A DNA stretch of 28,088 bases from a virus (lineage: Duplodnaviria > Caudoviricetes), in the IMG/VR virus record IMGVR_UViG_3300044976_000024, positions 1 through 28,088 of that record, one strand, 5' to 3'. The notes beneath the pieces were generated by a model. The model saw nothing but the letters and a program-made list of their open reading frames with translations. It was not told where the DNA came from and ran no database searches. A program made the translations under genes and the position numbers. Positions 6,310-14,439 of this stretch are shown here, in pieces. How positions within the stretch are numbered: the first letter of the stretch is position 1; each line of letters opens with the position of its first letter.

Positions 6310-8416
6310 GCCGGTGCTGAAAGTGATGGGCCTGGACTTCGAGACGTACAGCGATGTGGATCTGCGCAAGCACGGGCTGGCCCGGTACGTGGCGAGCCCG
6401 AACTTCAAGGTGCTGCTGGCTGCGGTGTCCTGGATAGAGGACGACTTCATATGCAGCGCGGTGCTGGACTTCGTGGCCGACGAGGAGGAGGCGAGGGAGA
6501 GGCTGCTCGAGATGCTGACGGGTGCGCACATCGTGGCGCACAACGCCATGTTCGAGCAGGTGGTGCTGACCGCACTGGGCGCGGACTTCAGCATGAACAC
6601 GTTCGTGGACTCGGCGATGATGGCACGGGCGGCAGGTCTGGGCGGCAGCCTGGAAGCGGCTGCGCCGCAGCTGCTGGGGGTGGACAAGATGGCCTCCGGC
6701 AAGGACGGCATCATGCTGTTCTGCATCCCGGGCACCTACCAGATGGACAGCGGCGACGGGGCGTTCGACCCGCAGGTGGTGACCGACCACCCGGAGCAGT
6801 GGGCGGAGTTCGTCAAGTACTGCGCGCTGGATGCGGCGCTGAGCCTGAAGCTGATGTCCAGGCTGCTGGACCAGTGCACCCCGGACGAGCTGCACTACTC
6901 GGCCTGCACCATGCTGATGAACAGCGAGGGCTGGCACGTGGACCTGCCGCTGGTGGCGGAGATGAACCGCCGCTACCAGCAGAACATGGAGGAGGAGATC
7001 CTCCGCTTCCGTCTCGAAGTGGACGGGGCCGAGGACCTCAACCTGTTCAGCAGCCAGCAGCTGATCAAGTGGTGCGGGGAGCGGGGCATCCGTGCCAAGT
7101 CGTTCGACGAGCAGCACGTGGCCTCGATGCTGGAGAAGCTGGCGGTCCGGCTCGACCGGCTGGACCCGGAGTCGGACAAGCGCGCGGGCTACGAGGACGT
7201 GGTACGGCTGCTGCGGGTCAAGCAGGCGTTGGGCGGTAGCAGCCTGAAGAAGCTGCAGACGATCATGGACACCACCATGCCGAACGGCATGCTGTACGAC
7301 CAGTACTTGCACGCCGGTGCCAGCACCACGCTGCGGACCACGGGCAGATCGGTGCAGATGCAGAACCTCAAGCGCCTCGGCGGCAAGGGCGACGACGTGT
7401 CGGAGCTGTTCGATCCGACCGTCAGGTGGGACAACGCCAAGCTGGCCCGCAACCTGCGCCAGGTGTTCACCGCCAAGGCCGACGACGGCGTGCTGGTGGT
7501 CGGAGACTTCAGTGCGGTGGAGAGCAGGGGCCTGGCCTGGCTGTCGGGCGAGGACTGGAAGCTGGAGGCGTACCGCAACGGCATCGGGGTGTACGAGATG
7601 CAGGCCGCCAAGTTCTACGGCATCGACATCGCTGATGTGGTGCCGGAGCAGCGGCAGTTCGCCAAAGTGGGCGAGCTGAGCTGCGGCTACGAGGCAGGGC
7701 CCGAAGCGGTGCAGGACTTCGCCGAGAAGATGGGCGTGCCGCTGACGATGGGCGAGGCGAAGAAGCTGGTCTGGGACTTCCGCACCACCAACGAGAAGAC
7801 GGTGGCGTTCTGGCGCTCTCTTCATGAAGCGCTGCAGGAGGTGTCGGAGATCGGGCTGTCGAAGGTGCAGCTCCCGGAAGGGAGCATCGTGTTCGAGACC
7901 GGACCTGCGGTGCCGTCGCTGCAGGAGCTGACGACCAGGAAGCTGAGCACCCTGCTGGTGCGGGTGGACGTGCCGGGCCGGAAGGACCCGTTCCGCATGA
8001 CGCGGATCTTCCACGGCTTCTCCAACGAGGGCCGCGGGTTCACGTTCTGGAAGTCGAGCGCACGCAAGACCGGTGACCTGTGGACGCCGACGTACGTCGA
8101 TCCGAAGACCGGGTACAAGAAGAACTACTCGCTCTACGGCGGGAAGCTCGCGGGCATCCTGACGCAATCGCTGTGCCGTGAGATCTTCATGCACAGCCTG
8201 AGCATGGTGACGCTGTGGTCGAACGGCACCGACAACGTACGGACGGTAGGCCAGTTCCACGACGAGATCGTGCTGGACTGGCGCGCGCCGGTATCGGTGA
8301 TCGACCCTGATCTGGACGCTACGGTCGGTGCTCTCGACAAGGTGATGAGCCACTCGGAGTTGCCCGGTTTCCCGCTGGCGTGCGAGATCAAGACGGATTA
8401 CCGCTACACGAAATGA
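6302..8416 (+). CDS. polA: DNA polymerase family A with 3'-5' exonuclease, 704 aa
   Basis: Exo I DFETY, Exo II HNAMFE, Exo III YCALD; motif A DFSAVESR, motif B RQFAKVGELSCGY, motif C HDEIV; SD GGAGGAG before ATG 6302. Confidence 0.95.
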   Translation: MHEPVLKVMGLDFETYSDVDLRKHGLARYVASPNFKVLLAAVSWIEDDFICSAVLDFVADEEEARERLLEMLTGAHIVAHNAMFEQVVLTALGADFSMNTFVDSAMMARAAGLGGSLEAAAPQLLGVDKMASGKDGIMLFCIPGTYQMDSGDGAFDPQVVTDHPEQWAEFVKYCALDAALSLKLMSRLLDQCTPDELHYSACTMLMNSEGWHVDLPLVAEMNRRYQQNMEEEILRFRLEVDGAEDLNLFSSQQLIKWCGERGIRAKSFDEQHVASMLEKLAVRLDRLDPESDKRAGYEDVVRLLRVKQALGGSSLKKLQTIMDTTMPNGMLYDQYLHAGASTTLRTTGRSVQMQNLKRLGGKGDDVSELFDPTVRWDNAKLARNLRQVFTAKADDGVLVVGDFSAVESRGLAWLSGEDWKLEAYRNGIGVYEMQAAKFYGIDIADVVPEQRQFAKVGELSCGYEAGPEAVQDFAEKMGVPLTMGEAKKLVWDFRTTNEKTVAFWRSLHEALQEVSEIGLSKVQLPEGSIVFETGPAVPSLQELTTRKLSTLLVRVDVPGRKDPFRMTRIFHGFSNEGRGFTFWKSSARKTGDLWTPTYVDPKTGYKKNYSLYGGKLAGILTQSLCREIFMHSLSMVTLWSNGTDNVRTVGQFHDEIVLDWRAPVSVIDPDLDATVGALDKVMSHSELPGFPLACEIKTDYRYTK

Positions 8417-8419
8417 GCA

Positions 8420-8456
8420 GAAGCCGGGCACCCCGAGGAGGTGGGTGCCCGGCTTC
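8420..8456 (+). terminator. Perfect 14-bp intergenic hairpin
   Basis: GAAGCCGGGCACCC / GGGTGCCCGGCTTC with 9-nt loop CGAGGAGGT. Confidence 0.65.
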
Positions 8457-8473
8457 CTGGAGAAGGAGAGACG

Positions 8474-8944
8474 TTGACATTGTTGCATGTAGTAGGAGTG
8501 GACCCCGGTCTGATCCATACCGGGGTGGTATCGCTGAAGCTCGACACCGATCTGTTGGAGCTGACATCCACCAGCACGCTGATCGATGGGCCGGACGCGT
8601 ACCAGGTCCGGGCCTGGATCGGGATGCTCGGTGATCCGGTGGTGTTCATCGAGAAGTACCGGCCCCGGTCCCATTACGGGACCGACGAGCGGATGATCAA
8701 GGCGGAGCGGGACTTCAAGAAGGCGATGCCGAAGGCGGTGCTGCTCAACAACACCGGCGTGCTGCAAGTGGTGACGCAGGAACTGCTGGAACTGCTAGAG
8801 CTGTGGAAGTTCTCGCTGTCCTCGCACCACCAGGACCTGCGATCCGCGGCGAGGGTGGCGGTGCTGGGGATGCTGCGGGACCCGGAGATGAACGAGCAGC
8901 TGACCCGGTACGTGGAAGGATTGGTGTTCGATGCGAACGCCTGA
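8474..8944 (+). CDS. RuvC-like Holliday junction resolvase
   Basis: VVGVDPGLIHTG, VFIEKY, HQDLRSA; TTG start placed after AAGGAG SD. Confidence 0.8.
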   Translation: MTLLHVVGVDPGLIHTGVVSLKLDTDLLELTSTSTLIDGPDAYQVRAWIGMLGDPVVFIEKYRPRSHYGTDERMIKAERDFKKAMPKAVLLNNTGVLQVVTQELLELLELWKFSLSSHHQDLRSAARVAVLGMLRDPEMNEQLTRYVEGLVFDANA

Positions 8945-10082
8945 GCTGTTCGACTACCAAGAGACGTTCATCGAAGCGATAGAGCAGATCCCGGACCCTG
9001 TCCGGGCGTGCCTCTACTACCGCACCGGGGCGGGCAAGAGCCTGACCGCGGTGCTGGGACTGCTGACGCTGGGCTGCACCGAGGCGTTGGTGATCTGCCC
9101 GCCGTCCACGTTCAACCAGTGGGAGACGGTAGGGCTGCAGCACGGGCTGGTGGTCAGGACCATGAGCCACGCCAAGTTCCGGATGCGCAGCACCAAGCTG
9201 GACCGGGACGTGCCGGTGATCGCGGACGAGTTTCACATGTTCGGCGGGCAGCAAGGCATGGGCTGGCGCAAGCTGGACGCGCTGGCCCGGGGACTTCGGG
9301 CACCGATGCTGCTGCTGTCGGCGACGCCGAACTACAACGACGCCGAGCGGGTGTACTGCGTGCAGCACATCCTCTCGCCGCACGTCACCAAGGGCGGCTA
9401 CCTGCAGTTCCTCTACGAGAACTGCATCACGCAGCAGAACCCGTTCAGCCAGACCCCGGAGGTCACCGGGTTCAAGGACTACCCGGACGCCTGTGCGTTC
9501 CTGGCCGGCCTGTCCAAGGTGTTCCATGTGGCGGACGAGGCGGTGATCGACCTGGTCGATCTGCCGTACCGGGTGGACCTGCCGCCGGAGATGGTGCGCT
9601 ACGGCCTGGACGTCAGGCGCGGACGCATCTTCAGCAGCCAGATGGAGCGGCGGCACGTCGAGCGGGTGCACGGTCTGATCGGCGACGACGGCGATCTCAG
9701 GCCGGAGCCGCTGCGGCTGCTGCTGCCGCTGCTGGACGTGGGCGTGCTGGTGTTCAGCAGCCACGCCACGGTGGCCAGAGCGCTGTCCACCACGCTGCAG
9801 CGGCTGGAAGTGGAGCACCAGCTGATGACGGGGTCATCGACCCATCGGGAGAAGAAGGAGAAACTCGCCGCGTTCCTGGCACCAGGAGGTAGGAAGGTAC
9901 TGGTAGGCACTTCGACGCTGGCGACGGGGACCGATGGTCTGGACCGGGTCTGCGACCGGCTGGTGATCCTGGACGACACCGACGACGATGCTCTTCGTCG
10001 CCAACTTTTGGGCAGGATTCTGCCTAGGGGGGCGACGGTCGTGAGCGACAAGGAGTTCTTCAGGCTGACACCTGATCTCTGA
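8931..10082 (+). CDS. SF2 DNA helicase (DExH)
   Basis: RTGAGKS, IADEFH, LSATP, ATGTDGL, QLLGRILPRG. Confidence 0.9.
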   Translation: MRTPELFDYQETFIEAIEQIPDPVRACLYYRTGAGKSLTAVLGLLTLGCTEALVICPPSTFNQWETVGLQHGLVVRTMSHAKFRMRSTKLDRDVPVIADEFHMFGGQQGMGWRKLDALARGLRAPMLLLSATPNYNDAERVYCVQHILSPHVTKGGYLQFLYENCITQQNPFSQTPEVTGFKDYPDACAFLAGLSKVFHVADEAVIDLVDLPYRVDLPPEMVRYGLDVRRGRIFSSQMERRHVERVHGLIGDDGDLRPEPLRLLLPLLDVGVLVFSSHATVARALSTTLQRLEVEHQLMTGSSTHREKKEKLAAFLAPGGRKVLVGTSTLATGTDGLDRVCDRLVILDDTDDDALRRQLLGRILPRGATVVSDKEFFRLTPDL

Positions 10083-10130
10083 CTCACCCGGGGAGGGACC
10101 GATCGGCCTGATCGGGATTGAGGAGGAGAG

Positions 10131-10253
10131 ATGTCAGACATGGAGATCAGCACCGACAGGATCGTCGAGGTGCTCGAGGATCCGAAGAGCTCGGTCGAAG
10201 ATTTCAACCGGGCTCTCATCAGGATCAAGACGATCAAGTCGTTGCAGCAGTAA
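10131..10253 (+). CDS. Small hypothetical protein, 40 aa (not in ORF track)
   Basis: GAGGAGG SD; MSDMEISTDRIVEVLEDPKSSVEDFNRALIRIKTIKSLQQ*; fills the intergenic gap. Confidence 0.7.
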   Translation: MSDMEISTDRIVEVLEDPKSSVEDFNRALIRIKTIKSLQQ

Positions 10254-10258
10254 CGCGC

Positions 10259-10285
10259 AGGGGCGGTCCATTCCGGGCCGCCCCT
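10259..10285 (+). terminator. 11-bp intergenic hairpin
   Basis: AGGGGCGGTCC / GGGCCGCCCCT (one G-U), 5-nt loop, directly after a stop codon. Confidence 0.6.
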
Positions 10286-10309
10286 TCGTGCTGGAGAGAA
10301 GGAGAGAGC

Positions 10310-11686
10310 ATGCCGACGATTAAGAACAAGCGCCAGATGGCGGACGAGGCGGAGGCGCTGGCGCTCAGCTTCTTCTGCGAGTTCTACAAGGAGGTGCTGT
10401 ACCTTCCGGCGGACTATCTGACTGGGGAGTGGAGCACCCCGCCGCCGCCGGAGCGCAGGATGTGGCGGCCGATGGACAAGACCCTGCTGATGCAGGTGGC
10501 ACGGACGCAGTTCGGGACGGTGTTCTCCTCCGACACGGACGTGGAGCAGTTCCGTTTCATGGTGCAGCAGGCATCGAATGTGACCCAGGTCACAAGTGCT
10601 TCACTGCTGCTCACCACGGACGACGGGCTGCGGGTGCTGCGGGAGGACGGGGAGTTGTACGTTCCCGACGGATCATTCGTACCGAACATCATTCCGGTGC
10701 GGCTGAACACCGATTCGGCAGCCAAGGAGGAGGTGCTGTCGGTCATCACCGAGTGGCTCGGCTCGGAGCAGGAGGCGCTGTCACTGCTGCGGCACCTGGC
10801 CACCGGGCTGGCTCCCGGCTGGTCGGCGGTGAAGTACGTGCTGCTGCTCGGCGACGGACGCAACGGCAAGTCGGTGATGATGCAGATGATGATGAACCTG
10901 TTCGGCCGGTACAACGTCTCGGGCGTGTCCCGGCAGAACATCAGCGAGGGCTCCCCGGTGGTGGCGGAGCTGAACGGCAAGCTGCTCAACATCATCTACG
11001 ACGGAGTGGCGGTGTACCTGAAGGACTCCGGCCATGAGAAGTCGCTGGTCGCCGGGGAGGAGGTCGGTGTCAGGATGCTGTACCGCTCGTCGCTGACCCC
11101 GGTGCAGACCAACGCGCTGTTCATCGAGGGGCTGAACCGGGAGCCGAAGTCCAGCGACAAGTCCTCTGCGTTGCAGGAGCGGCTGGTGCGGTTCTGGTTC
11201 AAGAACACGTACGACGACGACCTGGTGTTCCGGGAGCGGATGCTGTCCGAGCAGCTGCTGGGCGCATTGCTGTCGCTGCTGCTGGACAACTACGTGCGCA
11301 AGGAGGACAAGGCGGTGATGCTCTCACCGACCGAGGAGTCCAAGCTGCTGAAGCTGGAGCACATGACCTCGAACTCGCTGGCGATGCAGTACATCGAGCA
11401 CCTGGTGGAGACCGGGCACCCGGAGGATCTGATCGGCAAGTCGCTGACCGACCTGACGGACGAGTTCAGGAGGTGGCGGCTGAAGGACGGTGACCTCACC
11501 GTCTGGACCAAGGACGGGGTGCGCACACAGTTCAAGACGGTGCTGGAGTTCAAGCGCAAGTCGGCCCGTGCCGGAACGAAAGTGATCAAGGTGGTGGTGG
11601 TCGACGCGTTCAAGAAGCATGCCCTCGAACTGGTCGAGGGACTGTCCGAGGAGGAGGAGACCAAGGATGTTCTGGTGGGAGAGTGA
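10310..11686 (+). CDS. D5/P4-type SF3 helicase (primase-associated), 458 aa
   Basis: Walker A GDGRNGKS, LNGKLLNIIYD, motif C LFIEGLN; AAGGAG SD before ATG 10310. Confidence 0.85.
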   Translation: MPTIKNKRQMADEAEALALSFFCEFYKEVLYLPADYLTGEWSTPPPPERRMWRPMDKTLLMQVARTQFGTVFSSDTDVEQFRFMVQQASNVTQVTSASLLLTTDDGLRVLREDGELYVPDGSFVPNIIPVRLNTDSAAKEEVLSVITEWLGSEQEALSLLRHLATGLAPGWSAVKYVLLLGDGRNGKSVMMQMMMNLFGRYNVSGVSRQNISEGSPVVAELNGKLLNIIYDGVAVYLKDSGHEKSLVAGEEVGVRMLYRSSLTPVQTNALFIEGLNREPKSSDKSSALQERLVRFWFKNTYDDDLVFRERMLSEQLLGALLSLLLDNYVRKEDKAVMLSPTEESKLLKLEHMTSNSLAMQYIEHLVETGHPEDLIGKSLTDLTDEFRRWRLKDGDLTVWTKDGVRTQFKTVLEFKRKSARAGTKVIKVVVVDAFKKHALELVEGLSEEEETKDVLVGE

Positions 11687-12506
11687 CAAGTACGACGGCG
11701 ACCACGTGCTGCCGGAGGAGTTCAGGCATCTGGCCGGGCCGAACGGGGTGGCTTGCGTCAGGGTGTACCCCAACGGCAAGACCGACCCCGGTTGGGGCAT
11801 GACCCCGGACAAGACCGGCCGGGCGTTCGCCGACAACTACGCGGCCAACAAGTTCAACGAGCAGATCGCGCTGATCGGGACGCTCTCGGGCCGATGGGAT
11901 TTCGCGTTCGTGATGCGCTCCCTGAAGGTGGTGTGCATCGACATCGACGGCAAGAACGGCGGGATGCAGCACGTCGGCAAGCTCGGCATGCTGCCGCCAA
12001 CGATGGCCGAGACCAGCAAGAGTGGAGACGGTTACCACCTGTTCTACGCCACGCCGTGGGACGTGTGGGACGAGGAGGCCGGCTTCGCCATGTTCAAGGA
12101 TCGGATCAGCATCGTGCCCGGCGTGGACATCAGGGCGGTGGGGTGCGTGTACCACCATGACATCCAACGGTGGAACGACCGTTCGATCGTGCCGCTACCG
12201 GACTTCCAGAAGGACACCTGGCTGGCACGGGCGCTGAAGGCGGAGAAGGAGATCGACGAGATCATCGAGTTGCTCGACATGGGGGACGACGACCAGGTGC
12301 TCGTGATCCGGACCAACCTGATGACGGACCTGGCCAAGCCGATCCCGGCTGGTAGGAGGAATACGACGCTGTACGCCATCGGGGTCAAGATGCTGCTGGC
12401 GGGTGTTCCCAGCTGGGAGACCCCGCTGTACAACCGCGCCATCCAGGTGGGACTGGACAGCGAGGAGGCCAAGAAACTGGTCGGCAACGTGAGGAAGTAC
12501 CGATGA
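11667..12506 (+). CDS. Bifunctional DNA primase/polymerase (Prim-Pol) with PriCT-1-like C-terminus
   Basis: VCIDIDGKNGG, TSKSGDGYHLFY, GVDIRA; C-terminal GRRNTTLY. Confidence 0.88.
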   Translation: MFWWESDKYDGDHVLPEEFRHLAGPNGVACVRVYPNGKTDPGWGMTPDKTGRAFADNYAANKFNEQIALIGTLSGRWDFAFVMRSLKVVCIDIDGKNGGMQHVGKLGMLPPTMAETSKSGDGYHLFYATPWDVWDEEAGFAMFKDRISIVPGVDIRAVGCVYHHDIQRWNDRSIVPLPDFQKDTWLARALKAEKEIDEIIELLDMGDDDQVLVIRTNLMTDLAKPIPAGRRNTTLYAIGVKMLLAGVPSWETPLYNRAIQVGLDSEEAKKLVGNVRKYR

Positions 12507-12661
12507 CCGTCGAAGAGGAAGCACCGATGAACGATAAGTTGCTGGAAGAATCAGAACGAAAGCAACCTGACCAACTGCCGATCCACCGCACCGAAGCCGG
12601 ATGGCCCCGGTGCAGCACCTGCGACGGCGGCGGTTGCTACGACTGCACGGACCCAGCATGA
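12503..12661 (+). CDS. Small CxxC-CxxC zinc-finger protein, 52 aa (not in ORF track)
   Basis: ATGA overlaps at both ends; ...GWPRCSTCDGGGCYDCTDPA*. Confidence 0.75.
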   Translation: MTVEEEAPMNDKLLEESERKQPDQLPIHRTEAGWPRCSTCDGGGCYDCTDPA

Positions 12662-12939
12662 CGGAGCGTGAACGCATCCTGGACGAAGCCAAGCGGATCA
12701 TCTCGTCCGACCGGAACGTCGAGTACGGCGAGCCGGAGCGGAACTTCGAGCGGATCTCCGACCTGTGGTCGGCGTACCTGGGGGAGGACCGGGTGGTCTA
12801 CGCGCACGATGTGGCGGTGATGCTGGCGCTGGTGAAGGTGGCGAGGATCGCCAACAGCCCCAACAAGGAGGACCACTGGGTGGACCTTGCAGGCTATGCA
12901 GCCTGTGGAGGCGAGCTGAGGCCGCCTGAGATGGGGTAG
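12658..12939 (+). CDS. DUF6378-like alpha-helical protein, 93 aa
   Basis: DRxxxYGxPxxNF..I..LWSAYL...VA.M..L.K.AR......DHWVDLAGYAA. Confidence 0.85.
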   Translation: MTERERILDEAKRIISSDRNVEYGEPERNFERISDLWSAYLGEDRVVYAHDVAVMLALVKVARIANSPNKEDHWVDLAGYAACGGELRPPEMG

Positions 12940-12950
12940 ACGAGGAAGAG

Positions 12951-12989
12951 GAGGGAGCGAGGCTGAAAAGCTTCGCTCTCTTTTTTTTT
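12951..12989 (+). terminator. Intrinsic terminator
   Basis: GAGGGAGCGAGGCT-GAAA-AGCTTCGCTCTC followed by T9. Confidence 0.92.
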
Positions 12990-12992
12990 AGG

Positions 12993-12998
12993 TAGGCT
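12993..12998 (+). promoter_or_regulatory. -10 element (TAGGCT) of a probable leaderless promoter
   Basis: TANNNT 6 nt before ATG 13005; no SD; directly after a terminator. Confidence 0.65.
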
Positions 12999-13004
12999 AC
13001 GGAC

Positions 13005-13571
13005 ATGAACGACAGCGAGTCGGTCCTGTCCGAAGCGGAAAGAGTATTGAGAGAGAGGTTTCTGAATAAGGGGGAGAGCAATAGGGCTCTGCCTAGTGAT
13101 GCAGAGCCCGGACGACCTTCGGTACGGGTCGAATCGTTGGTGATACCCGACGAGTTGAGAAGGAAGATGCCGCTCACCAAGTCGAAATACTTGGTGCGCG
13201 AGAACCCGCACATGGTGCAGTGGGAGCGCGAGGTGCGCAAGTTCCTGCGCCAGCTCTCGCCGGACCACGAGCACCGGGTCTCGGCGGTGATGCTGTACGA
13301 GTGGGCCACCGGCATCAGGATCGTCGACCTGGTGCAGCTGGAGCAGGGGCGGGCGCAGACCAGGCCCGGCTCCCAGGACACCTGGCGGAGCGACCTGCGC
13401 AAGCTGAACAAGCTGCTGCGCTACTACTTCGGCAAGCCGTACTCCACCTACATCGGCGGGCGCAAGGTGCCCAAGGCGTACAAGGTGAGGATCGGCTACC
13501 TCATCACCCGGCACCGGCCGATGACGCTGACGCTGTGGACCGAGTACACCGAAGGGGCGCTGTACCCATGA
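13005..13571 (+). CDS. Hypothetical basic protein, 188 aa (possibly DNA-binding)
   Basis: Open frame with strong GC3 after the N-terminus; ATGA overlap with the next gene. Confidence 0.85.
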   Translation: MNDSESVLSEAERVLRERFLNKGESNRALPSDAEPGRPSVRVESLVIPDELRRKMPLTKSKYLVRENPHMVQWEREVRKFLRQLSPDHEHRVSAVMLYEWATGIRIVDLVQLEQGRAQTRPGSQDTWRSDLRKLNKLLRYYFGKPYSTYIGGRKVPKAYKVRIGYLITRHRPMTLTLWTEYTEGALYP

Positions 13572-13855
13572 CCCCGGTCTACCGGGAGCTGCCGGACGGC
13601 ACCCGGGTCTACCAGGGCGGCATGAAGTACAAGCCGGTGCCGCCGGAGCAGCGGGTGTACCGCAAGCACAAGCCGCCGGTCGAGGGCTGGATCAGGATCG
13701 ACAACAACTGGTACCCGGCGCAGATCCCGGTGCTGCCGGACGAGCGGCGGGTCATGCCCGACACGCTCGGCAAGGACGCCACCCGGACCAAGCGCACCCG
13801 GCGCAGGCACGAGCGGCAAGCGAAAGAACGACGACAGCAGGGTGACGCTCCGTAG
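13568..13855 (+). CDS. Hypothetical Pro/Arg-rich protein, 95 aa
   Basis: ATGA-coupled start at 13568; MTPVYRELPDGTRVY...; last gene of the + arm. Confidence 0.75.
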   Translation: MTPVYRELPDGTRVYQGGMKYKPVPPEQRVYRKHKPPVEGWIRIDNNWYPAQIPVLPDERRVMPDTLGKDATRTKRTRRRHERQAKERRQQGDAP

Positions 13856-14155
13856 TCAGATGCTGATCGTCTCGTCCTCGACCAGCGTCTCGTCCTTCTG
13901 CGCCCCGCCCTCCAGCCGGTTGAACAGCTGCTGGATGGAGCGCAGGTCCTGCGCCATCACCGCCTGCAGGATCAGCGTGGCGGCGGTGCGGTCCAGCAGG
14001 TCGGTGCTCTGCATGTACACCGTCTGCACCGTGCCGAACCGCTGGTTCCACAGCCAGCGCAGCCGGGTGTCCAACGAGGCCTGGTGGTCCGGGGGCACCT
14101 GGTGCTTCCACCGGCGGCCGGGCAGGTCGTGGACCACGACGATCTCGGTCCTCAC
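13856..14155 (-). CDS. Hypothetical protein, 99 aa (small-terminase-like helical motif)
   Basis: GTGA-coupled start at 14155; ...AVMAQDLRSIQQLFNRLEGG... Confidence 0.75.
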   Translation of the reverse strand: MRTEIVVVHDLPGRRWKHQVPPDHQASLDTRLRWLWNQRFGTVQTVYMQSTDLLDRTAATLILQAVMAQDLRSIQQLFNRLEGGAQKDETLVEDETISI

Positions 14156-14439
14156 TGCTCCAGCTCCCCGGTCAGGTCGGAGAACTCCACGCCGGTCTGC
14201 TTGCGGGTGGCGGGGTGCGAGCCGGGGGAGCGCCGCCCCACCAGCCGGTTGAAGATCATGTTCCGGGCGATGTTGGCCTTGTGCCCCGCGCCCCGTTTGC
14301 CGGACATCGGGGTGTTGGCGATCTCGAACAGGGTGCGGGCGACCAGCTCGTGGACGTGCACCACCAGCACCTCGTCGGTGTCCAGCTCCGGGTGGTCGGC
14401 GACGTGCTGCAGCGCCTGCCGCACGGTGGTGTGCCTCAT
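14152..14439 (-). CDS. Hypothetical protein, 95 aa (small-terminase-like helical motif)
   Basis: ATGA overlap with the terminase stop; ...ARNMIFNRLVGR... Confidence 0.75.
   Translation of the reverse strand: MRHTTVRQALQHVADHPELDTDEVLVVHVHELVARTLFEIANTPMSGKRGAGHKANIARNMIFNRLVGRRSPGSHPATRKQTGVEFSDLTGELEQ

Noticed and set aside
8474-8479. TTGACA as a -35 element
   Set aside because: No TANNNT at 16-19 nt spacing; it coincides with the TTG start codon of the resolvase.
6155-8767. 870-aa minus-strand ORF (and similar 822-2150, 2574-3854, 8745-9818)
   Set aside because: Antisense shadows of motif-bearing + strand genes; long stop-free shadows are expected with high GC3.
10118-10309. Upstream extensions given by the ORF track (also 4299, 4666, 6269, 8441, 11619, 12601, 19600, 27220)
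   Set aside because: They cross hairpins or other genes; downstream starts with SD, coupling overlaps or -10 elements fit better.
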